Below the pieces are notes generated by a model. The model was not told where the DNA came from. It made no database searches and saw only the letters and a program-made list of their open reading frames with translations. Both the position numbers and the translations under genes were made by a program. DNA of 64,000 bases from Mytilus californianus (taxonomy: Eukaryota), in contig NW_026262626.1 in assembly GCF_021869535.1 (NCBI RefSeq), positions 35,402,001 through 35,466,000 on the forward strand, written 5' to 3'. This document shows, piece by piece, positions 40,801 to 52,239 of this stretch (position 1 is its first letter; each line of letters starts with the position of its first letter).

Positions 40801-42280
40801 AATTGAGAATGGAAATGGGGAATGTGTCAAAGAGACAACAACCCGACCATAAAACAGACAACAGCAGAAGGTCACCAACAGGTCTTCAATGCAGCGAGAA
40901 ATTCCCGCACCCGGAGGCGTCCTTCAGCTGGCCCCTTAACAAATATATATACTAGTTCAGTGATAATGAACGCCATACTAAACTCCAAATTGTACACAAG
41001 AAACTAAAATTAAAAATAATACAAGACTGACAAAGGCTAGAGGCTCCTGACTTGGGACAGGCGCAAAAATGCGGCGGGGTTAAACATGTTTATGAGATCT
41101 CAACCCTCCCCCTATACCTCTAGCCAATGTAGAAAAGTAAACGCATAACAATACGCACATTAAAATTCAGTTCAAGAGAAGTCCGAGTCCGATGTCAGAA
41201 GATGTAACCAAAGAAAATTAACAAAATGACAATAATACATAAATAACAACAGACTACTAGCAGTTAACTGACATGCCAGCTCCAGACTTCAATTAAACTG
41301 ATTGAAAGATTATGTCTTCATCATATGAATATCAGGCACAATCCTTCCCGTTAGGGGTTTAGTATCATACCATCATAACATATATGAGAAGAACATAACC
41401 CGTGTCATGCCAACAACTGGTTTTTAAATAAATGTGTTTAGTGCCGATGCAAAGACCCTATAAGTGAATCAATATTAACGCCAAAATATGCAATCTTTAA
41501 TGACCTGACAACAGTATCGTAACTATATCCCTTCTTAATTAGTCTATTTAAAGGTTTTGTTAGCTTCAGAGGTGAATACTGACATTTTTGTGCTTTATAA
41601 AGAATATTTCCATAAAAAATTGGATGTGAAATACCTGAACGTATAAAAAGTCTGCATGTTGAGCTATATTTACGAATGATGTCCTTATACCGATGATAAA
41701 ATTTAGTAAATGTTTTGACTAGTTTGTGATATCGAAAACCCTGGTGTAATAATTTTTCAGTAATACATAAATTTCTCTCGTTAAAATCTAAAACATTGTT
41801 ACATACACGAGCGAATCGTACAAGTTGAGATATATAAACACCGTAAGATGGTGACAAGGGAACGTCACCATCTAAAAATGGATAATTAACGATAGGAAAT
41901 GAAAAATCATCTCTTTTATCATATATTTTAGTATTAAGCTTTCCGTTAATGATATAGATATCAAGATCGAGGAAAGGGCAGTGGTCATTGTTAGTATTAG
42001 CTTTATTTAAAGTAAGTTCAACAGGATAAATTTGTTTAGTATACATACTGAAGTCGTCATTATTGAGAGCCAAAATATCATCCAAATATCTAAAAGTATT
42101 ATTAAATTTGTGTATCAGATGTTGTTTCGATGGGTCTTTGCTGATTTTTGTCATAAATTGTAACTCATAGCAATACAAAAAAAGGGTCCGCAATAAGTGG
42201 TGCACAGTTAGTCCCCATTGGAATTCCGATAACCTGACGATATACGGAATCTCCAAAGCGAACAAAAATGTTATCTAGAT
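40801..42280 (-). mobile_element. 5'-truncated Penelope-like retroelement (RT C-terminal half plus 3' region), probably Naiad-type
   Basis: LDNIFVRFGDSVYRQVIGIPMGTNCAPLIAD / frameshift / LFLYCYE...FRYLDD...PFLD...KIYDKRDDFSFPIVNYPFLDGDVPLSPSYGVYISQLVRFARVC; the ORF stops at 41438 with no C-terminal GIY-YIG domain. Confidence 0.85.
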
Positions 42281-43713
42281 GTATTAACTAAAACTTTTAA
42301 CAATGAAGAAACTATCCAGCAAAGCTTTAGTTTCCTATCTGAAATAATGAAGAGCTTATTATGGTTGTAACATTCTTTTAATGCGCGTCTACGATAGAAG
42401 GGGCCTTATGTTTTCTGATCTGTTAGTCCGTCCCATATTTGGTTAAGGTGTTGGTTCAGCTATAGTTAATCATGAAGGTATGGTCTCATCAACTTGAAAT
42501 TAAGGACAATTGTTCATAATAATGGGAACTTTTCATATCATATAGCAGATTACGAGTTTGACCACGATTACACGGTTTACAAATTGCGAGGCTTCCAAAA
42601 AAGGAAATATATGATATATAATACGAAACAAAAGACTATACGCATACAAATAAACTAAATGAGGCGTGTCCAAATGAAATAACAAAATCCGCCTAATTGT
42701 AATTTTCTTTCGGTTTCCATCGCGCCGGGGTTCGAACTCACTACCCCTCCCCCTACTCGCGGAAAAAACCCAATCTTTATTCCCGGCCCGTATTGGCTGT
42801 AGGCAAATGCAAGCCATGAAAGTTATCTTTCATTGTTCCTATACATGGATTCGGGTTTTCAAGTTTCAAAGAAAACTATCAATATACAAGTCCACGTTTT
42901 GTTTCGTCAAAGTACATAAAACGATGATAATTGTAAACGACAAAGATAAACAATTAGAGAAATGAAAAAAAAAAGAAAGATTTTGCTTAATTCATAAAAA
43001 AAAACCCAAACAATTTAAGGTGTTTTATAAAAAATAAACTAACATTAAGGTGATCTTTTTTTCTTTTTCTTTTTTAACATTTTGGAAATGCCATAACGTT
43101 GCGGACAGATATAAACCACTTTATTGAGAATCTGGTCGATTTAGAATTTCACATATTGGATAGAATTCTGTCTACTGTTGAAGACCTTTTGTCTAACTCT
43201 AAATGTCTTTTGTGTCATTGGGTTGATGTTTCATTTACGCATACCACTTTTCTCCTTTTATTCATATAAAAATATAAAAAATGAATAAAACACTTTCATA
43301 GTTTTTATTTAAGAAAACATCCACATAGAAGTACATTGTCTTACCTCCTATACATTTCTCGGAATATGATTGGTTAAAAGCGTCCGCGTGGAGACCGTGT
43401 ATATTCCATATTAGGTTAGTAGGGAGGCGGGGCTTATTTCATACACGGTTAGTAGTGGTGTTACGTCCCTTTATAAAAACAAAACGGTACTGAGAAAAAA
43501 TCTTAAAGGTTTCAACAGACGAAGAAATTGATGATGAAAGATTGAAATAAATTCATAAAACACATTTAAACCTAACAAGTTGTTATTGTTGGCATCTGTT
43601 TTTGTAGGATCAATGGATGTACTTTCTTAATGCTAACGGTATTGAAGATTTGCTCATGTTAATAGGTCTTTAACGTAAATTTCACACGTTAAGATAGTCG
43701 GTAAGATAAATTC

Positions 43714-43901
43714 GTTACATAGTGTGCTAGTGACGTAATACGGTATATATGGGGTCAGTAAATCCCATATGGGGATTCGAGCTTCGCTCTCACCCCATAT
43801 GGAATTTACTGACCCCATATATACCGTATTAGGTCACTCACCCCATATGGAATTTACTGACCCCATATATACCGTATTAGGTCACTAGCACACTATGTAA
43901 C
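43714..43901. mobile_element. Foldback MITE with a 48-bp internal duplication
   Basis: gttacatagtgtgctagtgac...gtcactagcacactatgtaac inverted arms; caccccatatggaatttactgaccccatatataccgtattaggtcact at 43791 and 43839. Confidence 0.8.
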
Positions 43902-44719
43902 TAATAATATCATGTCACAGTTAAACCTAGTACCCTTAATAGGAGTAGCTTTGCTGACTTCATACATATCAATGAACGGGTTACAAAGGCGTAGCTTTGC
44001 TGACTTCATACATATCATACAATGCAGTGATTTGATAGCAAAGTCAGTAGAATTTATGTCTTTAACGGCGCTATCATTTCTTTGTTACTGAATCTGGGGC
44101 AAATAAATTAAAAATATAGATCGATAGCATAAGACATTGAAAAGTAAGGGATTTCTGTAGGGAGTTCGTATACCTCACAGTTGTTTTGATACCCTCATTA
44201 ATAATTTTCTTAATAATAGCATGAAAAGTCAAAATTTGTTCTTCGGTCCTCCTGAATTACATGCTGTTCATATTATTACTACATTATGGATTAATTTCAT
44301 TTAAGTTGAATAAGAATTGAAATCTAATTTTGAACTTAGACAAAGTTAACGCAATCTTGAAATGTCTGCAAAGGGATAATATACAGAATATTTTGACTGA
44401 CATGTCTGAACTAGAGCTTATTCAATGCAAAAACAAATTGGACACAGATTTGATGCTCTTAAACAAGCAATTCGAATTAGGAATTTTTCGCCAAACATCT
44501 TCCATCTTATTAAAGCTGACAGTCATTATCAGAGGACATGATTTTCCTTTTCTAACAGATGTAGTATTCTATTTTGTTTGTTAGAGACGTATATGACGTT
44601 AAAAAATGGGCAGATACACATTTTATTCCAACAAGGCAATAACTCATCCTTAAACATTCACATCACATTTTTTCCCGCCATAATTATTTTTTCAGTTTTG
44701 CTTCAATTAATCGAGTCCC

Positions 44720-45490
44720 TAGTTAAGGTGTACATGTCCGTCTGGTACTGTAGTTTTTATCAGACCTTGAGCTCATTTTCATGGTTCATTGGCCATTGTT
44801 AAATGTTTGTTGTTAAGTCTTAGATACCTTAATCTGGGACTATTATACTAATCCAGAATCTATGGATCCGATGATTATATTTCATGTATGGAGTGATTGC
44901 AAGGTGTACATGTCTGTACGATAGGTATAGTCTGACCTTGAATTCATTAATTTTCATTGTTCATTGGTTATTGTTAAGTTTTTATGGTGACATGCTTAAC
45001 AATATATCGACAACATTTTGTGTATGGAATCATTGGAATTTGTCTGTTTGTCATGTTCATCTGACCGCCTGAATTCTTTTGCATATGGTGCTTTGATGTT
45101 TATTTGTTCTGATTATGTCGATCTGTTCTCAGATACTATGATAAATAGGGCAAATATTTTAAGTGTGTGGATGATTGCAAGGTTTTCATGTCTGTCTGGA
45201 CTTGAAGGGTTCATCTGACCTTGACCTGAATTTCATGGTTCATTGATCAACGATAAGTTTTCGTAGCTATAAGTCTCAGATACTTTAAGCAACATGTTAA
45301 CTCTATTTGGTGTATGGAATTATTGTAAGGTGAACATGTGTGTCTGGGAGGGTTATCTGACATTGACCTCATTTACATTGATAGTTGATATTGTTAAGTT
45401 TATGTGAAATGTGTAGAAATAGCCTTTATCGTTTTCTACACAAATCTAATAATAATCAGTAAAGCAGGCAAGACATATCCGTGTGTGAAT
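44720..45490 (-). mobile_element. Degenerate HINE-like family C array
   Basis: Repeated aaggtgtacatgtctgtc...tctgaccttgacctcattttcatggttcattg subunits. Confidence 0.6.
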
Positions 45491-46276
45491 TCTTGTTTAA
45501 TTTCTGGTCAAATTTTCTATATAAGGAATTGTGTCAGGCAGCTTCAAGTTGAGACAACAGCAGTTCTGAATAAGGCAATTTGATAGAAACATATACATTT
45601 TATTTTATTTGTACTTGTAAAGAAAGTTAGCATTTACTTGAAGAATATGTTTTCAACATCTAAATTTACTACAGTATATAAAATCGATGTTCTGTTATAA
45701 TGGATTACATAACAATGACATGTGATCAAAGTTTTTAACAATTATAGATAGCTGTCGATCACTTTGGAAAACGTATTAAATTTTACAATAGATTTCAGTT
45801 ACCAATTAACCCATCCTTGTTAATGACTTAAAAAAATTCTTGATCTTATACATAAATATAGATTATTCTCTATCTAATATAGTTTTCGCTCAAAACTCAA
45901 ACAGTGGGTAATTTAGCATTCAAGTCCAATAACTCTTATAAGAAGTTTACTGATAGTTTCTTCTTTGTTTAACATTGTAGTTCTCATCTTGCAGTTTATT
46001 TTTGCTTTTAACTTAGTTACTTATGAGTGTTAAACATCAGACACAAAAACTTAATGCTCGAAGTCAGACAGAAAAAATCTCTTAATTTCTACCTTCTATA
46101 GTTTTTTGGTCCAAAACACATTATTTTAGAGCATGTTATGTGGTATGGGTTTTGCTCATTGCTGAAGGGAATAGGGTGACCTATAGTTGCTAACTTGTAA
46201 CTTCTACATTATTTGCATGGTCTGTGTTGGAAAGTTGTCTCATTTGCAATGATACCACATTTTTTTATTTTCAGTA

Positions 46277-46670
46277 AAAAATGGTAAAAATCATCATTTC
46301 CTGGGCAATAACTTTAACAAGGAGTCGACTGACAATTTTGGCTACTTGACTTTTAGATACTGTACTGCTCATTATTTTTGTTTTTTTTAAGATTTTTTCT
46401 TCCAAATCTATTGTTTCACAAAAATGGGTAAAAATCATAATTAAAGGGCAGTAACTCATATGATGCAATGGCCAATTTTGGTAATGTTGACTTATTTGAA
46501 GATTTTGACTTGCTGATCGTTTCTGCAGTTTTACTCTATCTACTATAGTTTCACAAACAATGGGTAAAAATCATGATCTAAGGGCATTGACTTCTTTAAA
46601 AAGTCAACAGACAATTTCAGCCTGGTTGACAAATTTGTAGAAATAGCCCTGCTGATGATCTTTTTTTTTT
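46277..46670. repeat. About three degenerate ~150-bp subunits of a dispersed tandem-repeat element
   Basis: Recurring aaaaatgggtaaaaatcat...aagggca..aact...gacaatttt. Confidence 0.55.
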
Positions 46671-47521
46671 CGGTTTGTTCACTTCCCAATAAGTGTTGAG
46701 TTCTTACTACATGTAGACATGTTAACCCCATAACATGCATGCATGTTTATATCTTGAATTTAAAGTCAAAATCTCACAATTGGTTGTTACTCAATGCTTT
46801 TGTATATCAAACATGTAAAGTTGGTGTAAGATATGTAATTTGTATTTTTTTTTATTAGATTTATCATTACCTGTCTATCTCACTCAGTTTAATGTTTCCT
46901 TATTAATATCTCCATGCAATAGATGTTTGAATGCTAGTTCAACTGCATACCAAGACCATAACTGAATGGACAGTGACAAATAATCTCCATTCAAATGAAA
47001 TGTGCCAATGTCAATACAACTGCATGCCAGATATTACTGACTTACCATTAGTGGTTCTCCTTAACCAGAACTAATCACAAAATAAATCTTCAACAAATGT
47101 TGATGCAAAAGACATCTTGGGAAGCATTATTTTCTAAGTCTCACTCAGAAAGCTTTGTTAAAGATTGATTTTAGACACTGTCATTGAAAATAAGCACAAT
47201 TTGTGAAAATAGATAAATTCATCATTGTACATGTACTTGATGAGCAGTCAGACGCTTTATCTTAATTGATATATGCAATCACACAAGGTAACAGTCAGCA
47301 TAACAAATTATTCCTTTCTTAAAGAAGAGAAGACTTACTCCTAAATAGTTGGTGCATCCTTTAGGGAGAAACTGCTTTATACATTATCTGAAGTGTTTTT
47401 CATCTAACCGGGTTGGGAATCAAACCAACAACCCCACCCACTCATGGCAACAGTGCAACCATGAGACCTCTGAAGCTCTGTTGAAATAAGATAGAAAGTC
47501 AGAACTGTAACAGATAAATAA

Positions 47522-47592
47522 TTTATTTATAAGACATCAATGTCTGTATATACATAAAAAAGTTTAAACATAATATCACAATCAGCTTTATT
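47522..47592 (-). terminator. Candidate PACRG polyadenylation signals
   Basis: AATAAA on the minus strand at 47587-47592 and 47522-47527, about 290-350 nt after the stop codon. Confidence 0.45.
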
Positions 47593-47875
47593 GGTACAAG
47601 ACATCCACTAAATGATTGGACGAAAAGGTCACATGACATCAATGATACTGTAATAAACAGCTAAAGAGAAGATGTGTTAACTATACAGAAACAGGACTTT
47701 GGCTGAGTGATATCGGTTCAAAACTGGTTTGGTTTCACGGTGTTAAGTCCATTGAATATCCTTTCTAAGTCACAATTTTTCCCCAGGAAACTGATTCTGG
47801 TTAAAAGAACACTTCTGAAATGTATAAATCCTGATCGTTTATAAATTCCCCCCCATTGTTTTTTTACATGATTGT

Positions 47876-48036
47876 CTAATTCAACATACAGCTTTCATAT
47901 GTGGGAACCATGTATTTGATATTAATAAATGCATCTTCACCACCATGTCTCTCGAAAGCTTCTAATGTTTCCTGTATTAAATCTCCAATGTTTTCTCTTT
48001 TTTGTTGACTGTAGTCAATGCCATCTCCTGAGTTAA
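47876..48036 (-). CDS. PACRG: PACRG exon 5 (stop)
   Basis: ttttcag|(L)[52 protein letters not shown]. Confidence 0.97.
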
Positions 48037-51000
48037 CTGAAAATTTTAAAACAAAAAATGATAAGTACATTATCTATCTCACACCCAAATATTTAACAAA
48101 ACATACAAATAGTTTGGTATTGTTTGGTCCATAATAAATCTAATTTATGTGTATTGCAGACAACAAACTTTAATATTAATAAGTTTTGGTATTTGAATAA
48201 TACTTTTAGGACAATTGCTTCTGTTTATTGCCATGATTTAGTCTTGTGTTTTTTATTATCCATTGATGGTACAATCTCAGTCTATTTAATGAAAATTTTC
48301 AAAGTCCATTGCAAGCAAATTTTCTAAGCAATAGTTCAAATGGCCATAAAGAACTACATGTATTGTCACTCACCTAGCAACTTTGACAAGTTTGAAATTA
48401 AAATAATTGAATGCAAGCCTGGTTCAAATTAATCCTTAGGATTCAAGGGAAATAACTTCTGTATTTTCGTATATTGTGACTGTTAAAATGGTTGTTACCA
48501 GATTAATTTAATCAATAATTATTATTGGAAAATCAATGGATTTTTAATTAGAGTTGAAGACGTGTTGGATCATTGTCTCTATCTCTGACATACAAGTATA
48601 CCCTACACTTCCCTTTTTTTAAATTTACCTCAATGCCTTTTGAAGTTTAACATCAGTGCTCCAGCTAGAAATCAAAAGGGGCAGGGTACACACAGTAAAA
48701 AGTTAACCTGCTAGAAATCAATCTTATGACTTAATGGAGAGTTTTCACAGTAGATACAGGGTAAAGTAATAAGTGATTCGATCTGAATTTTCCCAAGTGT
48801 TTTAAGACAAAATATTTATTGAGTATTTTTTACCCATCGATCATTATTTCTGGTAAATCACTAGATACTAACAAGAGTATTTTTTATCAGAATCTATATA
48901 ATAAAAATTTACTTACGGTTATAATTTTTAAAGATATTCAAAATAGGCAGGATTTGTCTGTAATAAGGCACTAATGCTTCTCCAACCATGTCTGCTGATA
49001 TTACCAAATGTTGTAATACTTTCAGTGTGGTGCACATCACTTGGATGTTTCTCATGTTCAAAGCATCTGAAAAAGAACAAAGCAATGAATAATCTATTCA
49101 AAACAAAACTCAAATGAGACATTAAACAATACTGCATTGTGACAATATTTACAATACTTAATTTAAGTTAAACATGTTGAATTTAGTAATAACCTAAGAA
49201 ATAGCATTTTTTCTGTTAGACATAATTAGGAGACTGGTTTTTGTGTATTGCCTCTACAAGTATCAGGTTAAGGCAATCTTACTGACTGTATCCTGAAGCT
49301 AGTAATATACACTGTACAATTAAAAGTGTTAATTATCTTCATTTAATCTAAATAAGTTTGAATTATATGATCAACTTTTTAAAAAGCCTTTTAAATAATG
49401 ATAAACTTAAAAATAATAATTAAATGTAAGAATGTATGTCCTTTTGTTTTCCTCATAATGGTTATTTAAAAAAATTCTTTTAGAAAACATATATGATGTG
49501 ACCATCATCATCATGTGTAGTTTTTTTGGTCTATTATTAACTTACTTTTAATTGGAATGATTAACTGAGGTATGACTGGCAGTATTTTTGAACCTCCGTG
49601 CTCCAGCATATCATGTACCCCTTGTCTGGCAAAGAATTCGTATGGATGTGTTGTTTCACACAGACCATCAAAGAATAATGGCAGGTAATGGTGATAATCT
49701 AACTTTTCAATCTCAACCTGTAAAACAACAACAAAAAATCATCAATACATACATTATTAATTAAAAATACATGTAATAAATATGTATCTATAAAGTCATT
49801 GCTTTCACAAATTTCATCAGCAGTTAACACAAATCAAAAACTGTAAATAAAAAAAATATTATTAAGGTTAAATTGAATTGGGAACAGACTACAGTGAATT
49901 CCATTACCACTTTTCACATTACTAATGGAGGATACATGTATCTAAGACAGGGAATTACTTGTCAAATTTAATTTAGAGTTTTTACGATGCTTGATTGCAG
50001 CAAACTAAAAAATTCAGCACAATGTCTTCTACAGTCACTTCAACAGATTGATGAATTCACCTTCAAGTTAAATTTATATAAAATTTATCTTACCTTCCAG
50101 GCAATTTTGTTTCCTTTTGTATCATGTTCCAAGGCTATTGGAAAGTCACCCCTTTCATAAAATTTTCTGAAAGCTGTAGGACCTGCAGGTCTTGGTTTGA
50201 ATGCTCCTGCTGCTTGTGGTTTACCTACTTGCTCTAAGGATGGCTGCAAAAATAAAATATTTTTATGACTTTTTTTATACAACTTTAAAACAATATAAAG
50301 AAATATAGGTGTTCCTGATCTTAGAGGTAAGAATGAGATGATAATCCAATATTATATATACAAAATATAATACATTTGTATCTTGTGTCCTATAGTATAA
50401 ATTTAACGGCCTTCTTTTACTTTGGGGGTAGGGTTCATTTATTGTTCAGGGTTAGGTTTTTTCCTACATTAAGTTAAGGTTTAAGTGTAAGGGTTAGAAT
50501 AACCCTATCAGGTTTGGGATCCCTAAAGTAAAAGAATAGATCAGAATAGAATGCAAAATTAAAATATCTCCCTTAACAGGTAATCCTGCAATCTATTATG
50601 GTCTATTTAAAATTGTAAAGTAACAAATGTATGAAAGCCATATTTTAGGTAAAAATATGTCAGACAAGTGCATATGTATATCTGCTCTTTGGTCGGGTTG
50701 TTGTCTCTTTGACATATTCCCCATTTCCATTCTCAATTTAATACATTAAGCTTCTATGAACTGAGTAGAAAAATCCTCATATTATTAGACATTGCAAAAA
50801 AAAGGAGAAATTTCTAAATCTATATTTAAACCTGCACTTACATGAGTGATTAGTTGAGACTTTGATTATGTTAATATTGATTTTGTCAGAATATTGACTC
50901 ATATTGACTCATCTGAGCAAGTGAGATTTATTTATTTAGCACCCTGACATTTTATGCTAAAAAAAGTCCTGAATGTTGTAAGCTTATACACAGTAACCTT

Positions 51001-51815
51001 ATCCTGTTTGTGCTTTATTTCTATGGTTTTACCAGTCAGTCAAAAGTTCATTTTCTATATGTTGATTGTAAAACCAGACTTTAAATACATGTTATAAAGA
51101 TTTTAATTTTGAATAAAAAAATGATCAACTGTAGTAATAAAAAGGTTGCACAAGGTAGATCCTCATTAATGATATAGTATTATACCAAACAGGTATTCAG
51201 TTTAGTGATTAAAAGTAACTTTGGATTTCAGTAAATGTTGTCATGGCAAAAAAATAACATTCATGTAAAAGGCAACATTATGCCCTCTGAATTAATATGA
51301 TCTTGATAAAAATGAATGGACTTTCAAGTAATATTAATTTTCAAAGCCAGTAACTTTTATTCAGTTTCATTTGAACCTTGGTCTTTTAAGGGGGAAATGT
51401 TACCATAAATATGATTAACATGAAAGTTTTGTGCAATGACAACCATATAATGAAAAACAAATTTAGAAACCATGTGAAAATAATTACAAGTAAACCTGTC
51501 CAATTCATTTAAAGTGCCCCATGTACTGCCAATTACAATGTTGTTTAAAAAAAAAATAACCTAATATTTCTGACCCATCAAACAACACTGATACAATACA
51601 TCGATCTATATACTGTATGAAGATAGTTTGACTGTAAAGTATTTCTTCTCAAATACTCAGTAATAAAACTATTAGTAAGTATGTTTTACCTTTGCGTTCT
51701 TCATATATGCCATTGTTGTGAAGGCATTTTTTCCTTTTGTTTCTGTTGGAGGTGTCTTCTTTCCATATCCAAATGTTTTCTTGCTGTTGTCTGGTCTTGT
51801 TTCAAAAAGCGACAT
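47876..51815 (-). CDS. PACRG: Parkin coregulated gene protein, complete, 5 exons, 252 aa: complement(join(47876..48036,48917..49066,49546..49717,50094..50243,51690..51815))
   Basis: Highly conserved motifs [126 protein letters not shown]; all GT-AG; 759 nt in frame. Confidence 0.98.
48917..49066 (-). CDS. PACRG: PACRG exon 4
   Basis: ttttcag|(N)[49 protein letters not shown](L)|gtaagt. Confidence 0.97.
49546..49717 (-). CDS. PACRG: PACRG exon 3
   Basis: tttacag|[57 protein letters not shown](N)|gtaagt; missed by the ORF track. Confidence 0.97.
50094..50243 (-). CDS. PACRG: PACRG exon 2
   Basis: ttttgcag|[50 protein letters not shown]|gtaaga. Confidence 0.96.
50684..50739 (+). mobile_element. 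Short 3'-terminal fragment of the same Penelope-like family, in PACRG intron 1
   Basis: ggtcgggttgttgtctctttgacatattccccatttccattctcaattt is the reverse complement of ~40800-40848. Confidence 0.8.
51690..51815 (-). CDS. PACRG: PACRG exon 1
   Basis: [42 protein letters not shown]|gtaaaa; the end aligns with the vertebrate FTVKAMMKNS motif. Confidence 0.88.
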
Positions 51816-52067
51816 TTTTGTTTTATACTTTTTTTCAGCCTGACGGCAAATTGATTACAATTAAACAAATCTATGCAACTTTCCAAATGAAAACAAACAG
51901 GTAACAATAAAATGGAGGCTTATACAATCTGGTAGTCAGGCAACTGTCAGAAACTGACCCGGATGACTGGCTTTGTCGTACTAGTTTCCATGGGGAAAAG
52001 AAATATATTTCCGCTTCCGGTCATGTCCGCGCATGTTATTGAAGCTAAACTTCCGGTGTCTGAAAAC
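51816..52067. promoter_or_regulatory. Bidirectional promoter shared by PACRG (-) and MRPS15 (+)
   Basis: 252 bp between divergent ATGs; locally CpG-richer; ETS/GABP-like CTTCCGG at 52014 and ACTTCCGGT at 52049; NRF1-like GCGCATG at 52029; RFX X-box-like GTAGTCAGGCAAC at 51932 and GTTTCCATGGGGAAA at 51984. Confidence 0.75.
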
Positions 52068-52239
52068 ATGCAGAGAACACTCACATTCTCCAATTTATGC
52101 AAACATTTCAATAGATTTTCAACAAATTCAACTGCTACATTATCCACACTTTTCCGTACAAACAGCATATTTATTATAGAGAAAAACCATATTGAAAAAG
52201 ACAAAGGAGTAGCTCCAAGTTGTCTTCTGAAAAAAAATG
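52068..52239 (+). CDS. MRPS15: MRPS15 exon 1 (mitochondrial targeting sequence)
   Basis: aaaacATG; MQRTLTFSNLCKHFNRFSTNSTATLSTLFRT...PSCLLKKN(G)|gtaata, phase 1. Confidence 0.75.

Noticed and set aside
41438-42280. Selenocysteine-recoding Naiad, as reported for some clams
   Set aside because: There is no in-frame TGA in the retained RT portion.
42715-42820. B-box (GTTCGAACCCC) and CCAAT on the minus strand, suggesting a tRNA or promoter
   Set aside because: No A-box or cloverleaf and no adjacent gene; probably a repeat remnant.
29200-47500. An additional gene between cathepsin L and PACRG
   Set aside because: I could identify only repeats and short AT-rich ORFs; a non-coding or highly divergent gene cannot be excluded without expression data.
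48928-49137. ORF-track peptide [14 protein letters not shown]...
   Set aside because: Wrong reading frame of PACRG exon 4.
51701-51907. ORF-track peptide MLPVCFHLESC...
   Set aside because: Wrong frame over PACRG exon 1; the correct frame starts at ATG 51815.
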